Positions 48,429 to 58,920 are shown, numbered from the stretch's first letter. The stretch: DNA of 64,000 bases from Hanamia sp. (GCA_036509585.1 DATCFI010000133.1:15150-79149); one strand, 5' to 3'. Translations and numbers: made by a program. The notes: generated by a model not told the origin, from the letters alone.

Positions 48429-50366
48429 ATGTCACAAACACGCCAACTTGCCGCTATTATGTTTACCGATATTGTCGGCTACACTGCATTGATGGGTAGT
48501 GATGAAAAAAAAGCTTTTGACATTCTTAAAAAAAACAGGGAGTTGCAAAAACCAATCATTGAACGATACAATGGTCTTTGGATAAAGGAATTGGGCGATG
48601 GCGTATTGGCAAGTTTCCTAACGGTTTCTGATGCTGCGATGTGTGCCGGTGCTATTCACAAAGGTTGCAATGCTGTAGAAGGGCTACAGTTACGCATTGG
48701 CATTCACCTGGGTGAAGTAGTTTTTGAAAATAATGATGTGTTTGGTGATGGGGTAAATATATCGTCCAGGTTACAGGCTCTTGCTCCCGTTGGAGGAACA
48801 TGGGTGTCTGAATCAGTTCATCTTAATCTCGTTAATAAAAATAATATTCATACAAAATATGTAAGGGAAGAAGAACTCAAAAATGTGAAAGAGCCCGTAA
48901 AAGTTTATGAAATGATTGTTACTTCACTTCCTGATTATCCGGGGTCTGTAACAAATGGAAATGAGAAAAAAGTTTTGGAAAAAAGTATAGCAGTTCTTCC
49001 TTTTGTAAACATGAGCAATGACCCTGAGCAGGAATTTTTCAGTGATGGGATGTCAGAAGAAATTCTCAATTCGCTGGCACATTTAAAAGAATTGAAAGTT
49101 GCCGGCCGTACCTCTTCATTTCAGTTCAAGGGTAAAAATGTAGACCTGCGTGAAGTAGGCAATAAACTCGGTGTAAATAATGTGTTGGAGGGAAGTGTCC
49201 GCAAACAAGGAAACAGGCTCCGGATAACGGCGCAGCTAATTAATGTTGAAGATGGTTTTCATTTGTGGAGTGAACGATATGACCGTAATAGTGATGATAT
49301 TTTCGCCATCCAGGATGAAATTGCATTAGCTATCACAGAAAAATTAAAGTTAACCTTATTGGATAATGACAGGGAACTGATCACTAAATCGCATACACAA
49401 AACGCAACGGCTCATAGCCTTTACCTGAAAGGAAGATACGAGTGGAACAAGAGATCAAAAGATGGATTCCTTAAAAGTATTGAATATTTTAACCAGGCTA
49501 TAGATGAAGATCCACTGTATGGTTTGGCTTATGCTGGAATGGCCGATAGTTATACTCTCCTATGGGGTTATCATATTCTTTCACCTGAAGATAGTATTTC
49601 GAAGGCAACAAAGGCTGCACAAATAGCGATAGAATTAAATTCTAAACTTGCTGAAGCGTATGAAGCTACAGGTCATATTGAATTGCTTTCGGGTTTCTAT
49701 TGGGAAAAAGCAGAAGCCAATTATAAAAAAGCAATTGAACTGAATCGTGGATTTGCCACCGCGCGGCAACGTTTTGGTTTGATCCTGACTACCCGTGGAA
49801 GATTTGATGAAGCATTTGAAGAAATAATGACAGCGCAGGAACTTGATCCTCTTTCCATGATTATTAAAACAGATGTTGGTTTAGTTCATTTGCTTATGGG
49901 CAACGTAGATAAATCTATCGATAAATGCAGGGAAGTCCTGGAGATAGAACGTGCCTTTTCGGTTGCCCTTTTTGTACTGGGTCTTGCTTATGAAGTGAGT
50001 GGAAATACAGAGGAAGCTGTCAATATCTTTAAACGTGCAATAAAAGTTTTAAATAATAATCCAATTGCTGTATCTGCGCTGGGCCATGCATTTGCGGTAA
50101 ATGGAAATAAAACGGAAGCGTTAAGAATTTTGAAGGAGTTAGAATCCTTGCCTAACCAGCAATTCGTTTCTCCTTATTGTATTGCGGCAATATATGCAGG
50201 GCTTGGTAATGCCGATAAAGTATTTGAACTACTCAATAAAGCCATTGATATAAAGTCTGTGTGGATGATTCATTTGCATTTTAGCACTGATCCCCGGTTT
50301 AAAGAATTTAAAAAAGATATAAGGTTTACGGAGCTATTAAAAAGAATTCAATTGGTAAATGAATAA
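48429..50366 (+). CDS. Class III adenylate/guanylate cyclase with TolB-like and TPR domains
   Basis: MFTDIVGYT, KELGDG and DVFGDGVNISSRLQ; SIAVLPFVNMSNDPEQEFFSDG; TPR repeats. Confidence 0.92.
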   Translation: MSQTRQLAAIMFTDIVGYTALMGSDEKKAFDILKKNRELQKPIIERYNGLWIKELGDGVLASFLTVSDAAMCAGAIHKGCNAVEGLQLRIGIHLGEVVFENNDVFGDGVNISSRLQALAPVGGTWVSESVHLNLVNKNNIHTKYVREEELKNVKEPVKVYEMIVTSLPDYPGSVTNGNEKKVLEKSIAVLPFVNMSNDPEQEFFSDGMSEEILNSLAHLKELKVAGRTSSFQFKGKNVDLREVGNKLGVNNVLEGSVRKQGNRLRITAQLINVEDGFHLWSERYDRNSDDIFAIQDEIALAITEKLKLTLLDNDRELITKSHTQNATAHSLYLKGRYEWNKRSKDGFLKSIEYFNQAIDEDPLYGLAYAGMADSYTLLWGYHILSPEDSISKATKAAQIAIELNSKLAEAYEATGHIELLSGFYWEKAEANYKKAIELNRGFATARQRFGLILTTRGRFDEAFEEIMTAQELDPLSMIIKTDVGLVHLLMGNVDKSIDKCREVLEIERAFSVALFVLGLAYEVSGNTEEAVNIFKRAIKVLNNNPIAVSALGHAFAVNGNKTEALRILKELESLPNQQFVSPYCIAAIYAGLGNADKVFELLNKAIDIKSVWMIHLHFSTDPRFKEFKKDIRFTELLKRIQLVNE

Positions 50367-50852
50367 AGACAATTGCCATGATATTTTGTTAAAGAAACTT
50401 TTGAAAAGTTTATATCAATTCAGGATCTCTGCAGGCATCGGGGTTTCTGGTGAAGTTATTTTTAATTCGATGTTTTTAAACTGGAAAACCCCACTGAGAC
50501 ACTAACATTTGCTGCTCAAATATATACTATATAGATGCTGATAAATTAAATGAAAAACCAGGTGGTGATATGGCCCGGTTTCTCACGTTTTTAAAAAAGG
50601 ATTTGAGCATCAAACGCACCATCATAGCAGCATTTCAAAATTGCATGGAGATGATTGACAATACTTATCCGGATTTATATTAATTTTACAGGCTTCGTGA
50701 ATTCCTTTGTTTTAATTGATCCTGTTGATAACATCATTAGAAGTTGTGCAGAAAGGTCGGCTGTATAAGGTCAAAAAATTCCGTAAGGATTGAATTGGTA
50801 GAAACACAAAATTTTGCTTTCAAATAACCATATAAATTAAAATTTAGTAAAA

Positions 50853-51950
50853 ATGAAAAAATCGATTTTCCTTTTATCCATTATTATTCTTGCATTCTTT
50901 TCCTGCAATCATGCGCCTAAAGATAGTTTCACCGTTAATGGGAATATCCAGGGATTAAAAGATCCCTATGTTTTTTTCCAATGGCGGGGAATAGATTCCG
51001 TGCATAGGGATTCGTCTGCAGTAGCGGATGGCAAGTTTACTTTTAAAGGAAAAGTTGCTAACCCGGAAATGGCTGTTATTTTTCTAAAAAATGATAAGGG
51101 ATATGTCCAGTTCTTTTTGGAAAATGCAGATATTAATATAAATGGTGTGGCCGATTCTATGAATAAGTCTTCAGTAAAAGGTTCTCAATCACAAAATGAA
51201 TATGAAAATTACCAGGCATCCATTAAAAATATTACAGACGAGGAAGAGGGGCTATATAAGCAGTATGCCATTGCACAAAAAAATAATGATACAGCCACAT
51301 TAGCTAAGCTGGAAGTTCAGATAGATACCTTAGATAAACAGGATAATGAGAAAACGAAAGTATTTATTGCAAATCATCCTAAAAGTTTCGTAAGCCTGAA
51401 TGAATTGCAGGGTATGACTTACAGCACCCCCTATTCTGATTTGGAAAATATGTTTACCGGACTTGATACTTTGGTGCAAAATTCGGCCTCAGGAAAGAAA
51501 CTAGCTGATCATCTTGCTATCATGAAAAAAACTTCTGTCGGGCAACCTGCTCCTGCATTTACCCAGGATGATGTAAATGGGAAGCCGGTAAGCTTATCAG
51601 ATTTCAAAGGTAAGTATGTGCTGGTGGACTTCTGGGCAAGCTGGTGCGGCCCCTGCCGTGCAGAAAATCCAAATGTTGTGAAAGCCTATAATGAATATAA
51701 GGATAAGAACTTTACTATGCTTGGTGTATCCCTGGATGAAGACACTTTGGCCTGGAAGAAAGCTATTGATCATGATCATCTTACCTGGACAGAAGTATCC
51801 GATGTGAAAGGCTGGAAAAATGCAGCAGCTGGTGAATATGGAGTCAATGCCATACCGGCTAACTTTCTTATGGATCCTAACGGCACTATTATAGCGCATA
51901 ACCTGCGGGGTGATGCACTGGAGAATAAACTTTCAGAAGTATTAAAGTAA
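50853..51950 (+). CDS. TlpA-family disulfide reductase lipoprotein
   Basis: Lipobox LAFFSC; DFWASWCGPCRAENP. Confidence 0.93.
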   Translation: MKKSIFLLSIIILAFFSCNHAPKDSFTVNGNIQGLKDPYVFFQWRGIDSVHRDSSAVADGKFTFKGKVANPEMAVIFLKNDKGYVQFFLENADININGVADSMNKSSVKGSQSQNEYENYQASIKNITDEEEGLYKQYAIAQKNNDTATLAKLEVQIDTLDKQDNEKTKVFIANHPKSFVSLNELQGMTYSTPYSDLENMFTGLDTLVQNSASGKKLADHLAIMKKTSVGQPAPAFTQDDVNGKPVSLSDFKGKYVLVDFWASWCGPCRAENPNVVKAYNEYKDKNFTMLGVSLDEDTLAWKKAIDHDHLTWTEVSDVKGWKNAAAGEYGVNAIPANFLMDPNGTIIAHNLRGDALENKLSEVLK

Positions 51951-52014
51951 TATTTTTTTTCTGAAATTCTTTTTGATATGATTTGAATTTCTAAACCTTT
52001 GGGTGCATAAAGTT

Positions 52015-52110
52015 TCCAATTTGGAAATTAAATTTTACTGAAGAAGTGTGGTTTCTTTTAAAATCTTATTTCCGTTTATGCTTTACTGTTATCAAAAATA
52101 GATTTATTAA
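52015..52110 (+). repeat. Linker and truncated core repeat copy
   Basis: aattttactgaag...tggtttcttttaaaatctt...cCGTTTA tgctttact GTTATc; tggtttcttttaaaatctt is shared exactly with the 54.77 kb copy. Confidence 0.75.
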
Positions 52111-52145
52111 AAAATAAAAAGTTTTAAAATTTTTAAAAAGATATT

Positions 52146-52412
52146 ATGAAAACAGTAGTAATCGGCGAATCATCCAGAGCCACAATGGAAAAAATAATGG
52201 CTGTTTATCCAAGACATAAGGTTGTTGCAGATAAGTATATTGAAAGAGGGGAGGTTATTGGTATCGGACCTTTTATGGATAGAGGAAATATGGCAATATT
52301 CAAAAGCCGTTCAGCAGCGGAACAATTTGTATTGGAAGATCCATTCATACTCGAAGGACTTGTAAAATCATTTGTCATTAAAGATTGGAATGACAACCTG
52401 CTTCCCGGGTGA
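52146..52412 (+). CDS. YciI family protein
   Basis: RH...IGPF...GNMAIF...AEQFVLEDPFILEGLVKSFVIKDW. Confidence 0.8.
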   Translation: MKTVVIGESSRATMEKIMAVYPRHKVVADKYIERGEVIGIGPFMDRGNMAIFKSRSAAEQFVLEDPFILEGLVKSFVIKDWNDNLLPG

Positions 52413-52474
52413 CAAAACTGAAATCTTTTTCCTGGGAGTGCTTAGGTTCTGTTTTTCATCATTATTCTATTATT

Positions 52475-52510
52475 AAAAAAGGTTGTCCCGCAAGACAACC
52501 TTCATTTTTT
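52475..52510. terminator. Bidirectional rho-independent terminator
   Basis: A6, aaggttgtc-ccgcaa-gacaacctt, T tract; lies between convergent genes. Confidence 0.85.
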
Positions 52511-52556
52511 ATTTTATGAAAATGCTAAAATTACTTACCCATTAAGGATTGTTTTT

Positions 52557-52886
52557 TTAATGTCCGTGGTGCATATTCTGCCTGTGAATTTGCCTGTCGG
52601 CGCGCTTCAGCGGATGCTTTACTCCATCCTGCTTTAAGTCTTTCACATCACCTTTGATGTCCTTTTTATCACCTTTGATATCTTTTGTTTCTGCTTTAGC
52701 TTCACTTTTATCTCCATGTTTTAATTCGTAAGCTTTTAATCTTTTATCATGGCGTACGTCTCTTACATCCTTTCTTAAATCTTTCGAGTCCTGGTGTTTG
52801 TCTGTGGTGGCTGCGGTTGATGTTGTTTGTGCAAACGCTCCTGCAGTAAGCAGGCCAACAAATAGAGTTAAAATTACTTTTTTCAT
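52557..52886 (-). CDS. Small secreted charged heptad-repeat protein
   Basis: Signal peptide; KDIKGDK KDIKGDV KDLKQDG repeats. Confidence 0.8.
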   Translation of the reverse strand: MKKVILTLFVGLLTAGAFAQTTSTAATTDKHQDSKDLRKDVRDVRHDKRLKAYELKHGDKSEAKAETKDIKGDKKDIKGDVKDLKQDGVKHPLKRADRQIHRQNMHHGH

Positions 52887-53077
52887 GTTTTTTTGTTTTT
52901 TAATTTATGAATGATTATCGGTATATAAGATTGACATTTATAAACTTTGTTTAATCTAAATTTAAAAAATGACAGAAATATGGCAAAGCAAGAAAATCGA
53001 AAAGTGGGTAAACAAAACAACTATGCATATTCGTTATGCATAGCTGTTAAAATATATTTTTTTGAAATAATTTTTAA

Positions 53078-53977
53078 TTAGAAGCTATATGTTATCGAGA
53101 CAGACCAGTAGAAGATGCTGCTTAATTTTTCCGTCCTGGTTTTGGTTGTGGAAATGCCTGAAGGAGGGGTAGTAGTAGTCACTACTATATTAGGATTCAC
53201 AGGATCTGCAAGCGTGGGATTTAGATCAAAAATAAATTTCCCTGCAGAATAATCAAGTGGTAAACTGAATTCGTAATCCATTATTTTAAATTCAGAAGCA
53301 TTAGGAAGGTATGCCTTTATGATAGTGCCGGGACCTCTTCGGTTTGTATTTTTTGCTGAGTACTTTCTTTTGGTATAATACAAGTTGTAATAATTTTGTG
53401 TGCTTGCATTTATGAAAAAAGTAGGTGTAATTTCAAAATTGTCATCCGCCAAAAAAAAAGAATGTTCCAGGCCAACTTCTGCGTAATAATCATTTGTTTT
53501 TTCAATAACGATTCCTTCTTTCAACACAGGTTCGATAAAACCAAAGTCGTAGGATAACGATCCATTCAAACTGCCTTCAGTTTCTGATTTCACATTTATG
53601 CTTTGGCTATTGTAAAAATCTTTTGCAGCATAAACCTCTCCAGAAAACTTATGCGCCGTAAAAATATATCCTGCATCAAATTCAACATGATCAATACGGC
53701 TAATTCCTTTGCTATTTAAGTAAGAAACGTAACCGCTTGCATAGAAACCGGATTTATTGTAATAGCTAAAAGACGGCGTCAGGTAAGGAATCCTCGACGA
53801 ATCGTGCCTGCCAAGGTAAACGCTATTGCTAAGATAACTTAAACCGGCTTCAAAATAAGATTCCTGAGGAAAGAGGTCGCTTAGTGTAGAATCCTGTGCT
53901 TTTACATTGGGAAACAAACAAAAAAAAGCTGCGCAAACAAAAAGACAGCGGTAAATTTCTTTCATAAATCTTTTCAA
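53078..53977 (-). CDS. Putative outer-membrane beta-barrel protein
   Basis: Signal peptide; alternating aromatic beta-strands; terminal WSVSITYSF. Confidence 0.7.
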   Translation of the reverse strand: MKRFMKEIYRCLFVCAAFFCLFPNVKAQDSTLSDLFPQESYFEAGLSYLSNSVYLGRHDSSRIPYLTPSFSYYNKSGFYASGYVSYLNSKGISRIDHVEFDAGYIFTAHKFSGEVYAAKDFYNSQSINVKSETEGSLNGSLSYDFGFIEPVLKEGIVIEKTNDYYAEVGLEHSFFLADDNFEITPTFFINASTQNYYNLYYTKRKYSAKNTNRRGPGTIIKAYLPNASEFKIMDYEFSLPLDYSAGKFIFDLNPTLADPVNPNIVVTTTTPPSGISTTKTRTEKLSSIFYWSVSITYSF

Positions 53978-54358
53978 TTATATTTTATATTAGTAAGCAT
54001 TTAGTAATAAGAAAGATTAGAAACGGGTTATACTCCATTTCAAGTATTTTTCTGTAATAATTGACAATACCATGAATAAAGGTTTAATGCCTGGAAAAAA
54101 TATGACCAAATTATTACATTCAATAACTTTTAAGAGGCAGTATAATAATCAGACGAAATAAATCATTATGTAAATAGAAATCCGGAAGAATTGTTGGTTT
54201 GCTGACACTTTCTTTGATATCAATCTACCTTGGCGGGAGTTTTCTCCTTCCTGGCGGTGACCTTAACCGACGTTTTTGAATTAATATTATCTAAGAATAT
54301 CAGAATAGTTAAACCAAATTATTTTGATGTTCTGTTTAATTTTATTTCTCCTTGAAAA

Positions 54359-54508
54359 ACCACCGCCTTGGGCGGTGGTAATGTTCTGTGGGCTTTGTCT
54401 GAATTTTTTAAGTAACGTTAATCAATAAACGCAAATAATGTCCTTCTTCTCGTTCTTAAGAGGGCTACGCCCGATTCTTCCAACCCACCTTCTTCGAAGG
54501 TGGTGGTT
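54359..54508. repeat. Pair of GC-rich hairpins with a reverse-oriented site between them
   Basis: accaccgcc-ttg-ggcggtggt (54359-54379); GTAAC-N9-TAAACG (54412-54431); ccaccttc-ttc-gaaggtgg (54485-54503). Confidence 0.65.
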
Positions 54509-54719
54509 CAGTAAATAAAATTAACTGATTTATGTTAAAACCACCCGATGGTATTTAAATTTAAGCATGACTTGATAATTATAGTGAGTTCTTTAGACGA
54601 GCCTTTTAAAAATGAAGATATTGAATTCAACCTTCGCGGATGCCCTTTCGTTTTCAAAAATTTCACATATCACTTATGAAGGTCGTTGCAAGGCTTCCTC
54701 ATCAATGACCTGCCTGCGT

Positions 54720-54943
54720 AAAGTTTTTCACTTTTATTTTGTAAAAAGTTTACTAACTGAATTTGGTTTCTTTTAAAATCTTCTCCCATTTTCGTTTATT
54801 ATTTACTGTTATTAAAAAATATATACATTATAAAATACAAATGCCGCTTATTTGTTATTTTACTGTAATGCCTGTAATACCGGCGGAAAAACAATGAGCT
54901 TTTAATTATAAATTTGGCCCCGAAAGCGGCCGGTATTCCAGGC
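54720..54943 (+). repeat. Linker, core repeat and 15-bp inverted repeat
   Basis: attttCGTTTA ttatttact GTTATt...taaaatacaaatgccgcttatttg; gcctgtaataccggc (54870-54884) and gccggtattccaggc (54929-54943). Confidence 0.8.
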
Positions 54944-55017
54944 AAAACAAATGCTATTTCCAGGAATGTATAAAAGATCACCGGTAGCCCCACTGCAAAA
55001 AACTACGCCATTAAACA

Positions 55018-55788
55018 ATGAACCATTTTAATCAAAAGACAGCAGCAGAAAGATATTCAAAAGGACGGCCCCATTTCCACAGCAATACTATAAAGCACAT
55101 CAGGAATTATATTAAACCTGGCAATAAACTAGATAATGCATTAGACATTGCTTGTGGTACAGGACTATCCACCGAGGCACTTTTAGAAATTGCACAGCAT
55201 GTTTACGGCACAGATATGTCACAAGAGATGTTGAATTTTGCATTACAACCTGATAAGATAAATTATTCAATTGCACCGGCAGAGCATCAGCCTTTTCCTG
55301 ATAATTACTTTGATATGATTACAGTTAGTTCAGGCGTTCATTGGTTTGATATAGACAAGTTTTTAACAGAAGCCAGCAGGCTTTTAAAAAGTAAATCATG
55401 GCTAGTACTTTATGAGAATTACTTCATTTCTGAAATGGTAGGTAACGATAACTTTACCAATTGGTTCCCGAATGTTTATTTAAAAAAATTTCCTTCACCA
55501 CCCCGTAACAACAGTTACTCCTGGACAAATGAAAATTTAAATCCAAAGAATTTTAATTTATTAAAAGAAGAAAAATTTAAAAACTCTGTTGCATTTAACA
55601 AAAAGCAATTGGCTTTATATTTTACTACACAGAGTAACATTATATCAGCCGTTGAAAGAAATGAAACTACATATGAAGAAGTTGAAAATTGGTTGAATAA
55701 AGAACTTACTTCATTTTTTGAGAATGACGAAGCAATAAAAACAATTAACTATGGAAACTGGATTAAATTTATTCAGCGAATTAATTGA
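55018..55788 (+). CDS. Class I SAM-dependent methyltransferase
   Basis: LDIACGTG, GTDMSQEML and FDMITVSSGVHWF motifs. Confidence 0.9.
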   Translation: MNHFNQKTAAERYSKGRPHFHSNTIKHIRNYIKPGNKLDNALDIACGTGLSTEALLEIAQHVYGTDMSQEMLNFALQPDKINYSIAPAEHQPFPDNYFDMITVSSGVHWFDIDKFLTEASRLLKSKSWLVLYENYFISEMVGNDNFTNWFPNVYLKKFPSPPRNNSYSWTNENLNPKNFNLLKEEKFKNSVAFNKKQLALYFTTQSNIISAVERNETTYEEVENWLNKELTSFFENDEAIKTINYGNWIKFIQRIN

Positions 55789-56051
55789 TAAGGCTTACGG
55801 AGCCCTTTATCCTTTAGATGTTTAAAATTAAAAAAATGTGCTGTCAGTATGTTTTTAATTGCAGAGAGGCAAATAGATTTAATTTTCGTATATACATTTG
55901 AGTTATAATTAATAAAAATAAGAATCTGGGTTATTTGTTTGTTTACTAAGTAAATCCTGGTTGCTGTTATGGAGGAATAAGATTTGGGGAAATAATACAT
56001 CAATTGAATAAACGTCTTTAATGCCTTTGGTTCAGGAAACCGAATGACTCG

Positions 56052-56059
56052 TACATTTG
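56052..56059 (+). promoter_or_regulatory. -7 element (TAnnTTTG)
   Basis: TACATTTG with TTTG at 56026-56029 upstream; 46 nt before the ATG at 56106. Confidence 0.55.
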
Positions 56060-56105
56060 CGAATGAATAGTTTATTACTGTCTGAAATTTAAAAAATCCA
56101 ATTAA

Positions 56106-57359
56106 ATGAGTAAAAAAGTATTGTTGATATTATTCCAGGTATGCTTCATTACAAGTATTTTAAAGAGCCAAAGCATCAACCATAAAAGCAATAATACAAA
56201 ATTAGATACTGAAATTGACAGTATTTTAAATAACCAGGTGGCGAATGATAAGATACCCGGGGCTGTGATACAAATAAAAAAAGACGGAAAAATTATTTAC
56301 AAACACGCCTATGGTTATTCAAAGAAATATGATATCAATCACAAGCTGCTCAATCCACCCATGCCAATGAATACTGCTACACTTTTTGATATGGCTTCCC
56401 TTACCAAAGTCATCGGCACGACTACTTCTATCATGTTGCTGGTTGACAGAGGACTTATTAAAATAGATGACCCTGTTGGAAAGTATATTCAAAGTTTTGA
56501 TACCCTGCCTAAAAAAGCGATAACCATCAGGAACCTGCTTACTCATACAGCCGGGCTTATTGAATGGTACCCTCTTTTTTATTCTTCTTCTGATAAAGAA
56601 ACTACTTATAAAGTGATTGGGGCATTACCACTCAAATATCCGGTAGGTGTAAAGAGAAGTTATAGCGATCTGGGTTTTATATTGCTGGGTGAAATCATTG
56701 AGAAAGTTTCCGGTATACCATTAGAACAATTTGAAAAACAAAACATTTTTGTGCCATTAGGCATGCAACATACTACCTACAATCCTTTACAGCATGGAAG
56801 AACCACTAACATCGCAGCCACATCTCTTGGTAATCCTTATGAGCACCGGATGGTGTATGACTCATCTCTCGGTTATTCCGTAAAGGGCCTTGATCCTGCG
56901 AGTTGGAACGGATGGAGGAACTACGTGTTAAAAGGTGAAGTAAATGATGGGAATGCATGGTATGCGAATGGCGGCATTGCCGGTTCGGCAGGATTATTTT
57001 CTACAGTTGACGACATGCAGAAATTAGTGGACATGCTGATGCATAAAGGGAAAGTAGGAAACAAACAATTTATTTCAAGTCACGTAATTGATTCTTTTTT
57101 TGTTAAGGATAAATTCAATAATGGATTGGGCTGGATGATGGACACTACAGATTCTTTCATCAAAGATGGTCCCGGTGGTACTTTTGGCCATACGGGTTTT
57201 ACGGGTACCAGTATAATGGTAGTTCCTGAATATAATCTGTCAATCATTCTTTTGATCAACCGGCAGAATATGGGATTATTGAAAAGTGGTTACTATTATA
57301 ATGTAAATCCTGTGCGCAAACAAATTTTTGAAACTGTATTAAAGTATTGTCAAAAATAA
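56106..57359 (+). CDS. Serine hydrolase (beta-lactamase/penicillin-binding fold)
   Basis: FDMASLTK (SxxK), YSDLG and GHTGFTG motifs; signal peptide. Confidence 0.9.
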   Translation: MSKKVLLILFQVCFITSILKSQSINHKSNNTKLDTEIDSILNNQVANDKIPGAVIQIKKDGKIIYKHAYGYSKKYDINHKLLNPPMPMNTATLFDMASLTKVIGTTTSIMLLVDRGLIKIDDPVGKYIQSFDTLPKKAITIRNLLTHTAGLIEWYPLFYSSSDKETTYKVIGALPLKYPVGVKRSYSDLGFILLGEIIEKVSGIPLEQFEKQNIFVPLGMQHTTYNPLQHGRTTNIAATSLGNPYEHRMVYDSSLGYSVKGLDPASWNGWRNYVLKGEVNDGNAWYANGGIAGSAGLFSTVDDMQKLVDMLMHKGKVGNKQFISSHVIDSFFVKDKFNNGLGWMMDTTDSFIKDGPGGTFGHTGFTGTSIMVVPEYNLSIILLINRQNMGLLKSGYYYNVNPVRKQIFETVLKYCQK

Positions 57360-57385
57360 ACCGGTTCAAAATAAAATAACCTATT

Positions 57386-58260
57386 ATGATAAAAATAACC
57401 TTTAGTAAAATAGCGCTTTTGCTCATCATTTTATCAACAGTTGCTATGAATACTGATGCACAAGATAGTTCCCTTGTCATTCCATTATGGAAAGATGGCG
57501 CTCCCGGTTTCGAGAATCTAAAGAACCAACCCGAGCTGGCAAAAGATTGGTGGATAAGGAATATTAATAATCCATCTATAACTGTTTTCCTTCCCCCAAA
57601 AGATAAAGCGACGGGAACTGCAGTCGTGGTGTGCCCCGGAGGTGGGTTTACTAATTTGGTGTTCAATGCCGAAGGGAAAGATGCCGCTAAATTTCTCAAC
57701 AGCTTAGGTGTGACTGCCTTTGTTTTAAAATATCGTTTGTTCCGGATGGAAAACTCTCCCTATAAAGAGGAAAATGCCTTGCAGGATATTTTCCGCGCCA
57801 TGCGGCTGTAAAAAGTCGGGCAAAAGAATTTAATATAGACACGTCAAGGCTGGGCGTAATGGGCTTTTCAGCAGGAGGCGAACTGATAGGATGGGTTTCT
57901 TATCAATTCTCTCAGAATCATTTCGCAGGTAAAAATCCAGATGCAATTGATCAACTAAGTGCTCGCCCGTCTTTCGAAATATTAATTTATCCAGGCCCGT
58001 TGGCGGTTCCTGATTCGGTGCCAACCAACGCTCCGCCTGCTTTTATGCTCGCTTCCAATGGTGACGATTTTTGCTCAGAACCGATTATTAAACTGATGGA
58101 GATGCATCGCAAAGCTAAAGTGCCGGTAGAAATGCATCTATATGAAAAAGGGGCACACGCGTTTAATATGGGTTATCGTTCCGAATTTGTAACATTACAA
58201 CATTGGCCTCAATGGCTGGCAGACTGGTTAAAAGATAATGGCTTGTTGAATACTTTATAA
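57386..58260 (+). pseudogene. Secreted alpha/beta hydrolase (esterase-like) split by a -1 frameshift
   Basis: VCPGGG; adding one G near 57808 restores MRLVKSRAKEFNIDTSRLGVMGFSAGG; HAF His motif. Confidence 0.85.
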
Positions 58261-58316
58261 AATTACTTCCTTTCTGAAATGGTGGATAACGATGATTTTA
58301 CCAATTGGTTTCTGAA
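58251..58316 (+). repeat. 66-bp copy of an internal piece of the methyltransferase gene (55406-55472)
   Basis: tactttat..aattacttc.tttctgaaatggt....aacgat...tttaccaattggtt...gaa; roughly 85% identity. Confidence 0.75.
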
Positions 58317-58418
58317 AAGAGTTTTGAGTAAATAAAATATTTTTCAGTAAACAAAGAAATAACCAGGGTTTCTATTTTTATTTCTGGCCTCATCATTTAA
58401 ATTTTCAATACACAAGTA

Positions 58419-58607
58419 CTAACACTGAAGTAATCTGCCGGGCAGCATGATGATGCTTTTTAGTAAACCAAAAACTCCATCCACCGCTATACCAAGTAAT
58501 CTGAAGGGAAGAGTAAGTAACCAAAAAACAGGATACAATACCAAAGCCAAAATAGCCAACGGCCAACAAAGTATAAAAAGGATGATCCAGGCAATGAAAG
58601 TTAACAT
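58419..58607 (-). CDS. 62-aa hydrophobic membrane protein
   Basis: MLTFIAWIILFILCWPLAILALVLYPVFWLLTLPFRLLGIAVDGVF..., a small-protein pattern I recall from other bacteria; promoter element directly upstream. Confidence 0.75.
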   Translation of the reverse strand: MLTFIAWIILFILCWPLAILALVLYPVFWLLTLPFRLLGIAVDGVFGLLKSIIMLPGRLLQC

Positions 58608-58920
58608 GTACCAAAGATAATTATTGTAAAAAAAGATACCGGTAAAATTACATGAATGGCATTGAGGATTCGTGGATGTTGTTCTAAAGCTCAGTAAGAA
58701 ATTATATTTCTTAAACCTGGCCTTCGTGCCTGATCCTTTTTTAATAAATAAAGGCTACAGTAAAACGACAAATAATTAAGATTCTCATTTAAATAATAAT
58801 CTAATAAACCAGAAACGCTGGCGGGATCATTTAACCGAAGGTTGATCAGTCCTAAGGACTACAATTAATGAGAACAATAATTCCAAACTATTTTTAGAAC
58901 GAGTCAGAGGCAAATTGCTT

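Noticed and set aside
50470-50680. Open stretch (…EKPGGDMARFLTFLKKDL…) resembling an esterase remnant
   Set aside because: No start codon context and too little similarity to assign without a search.
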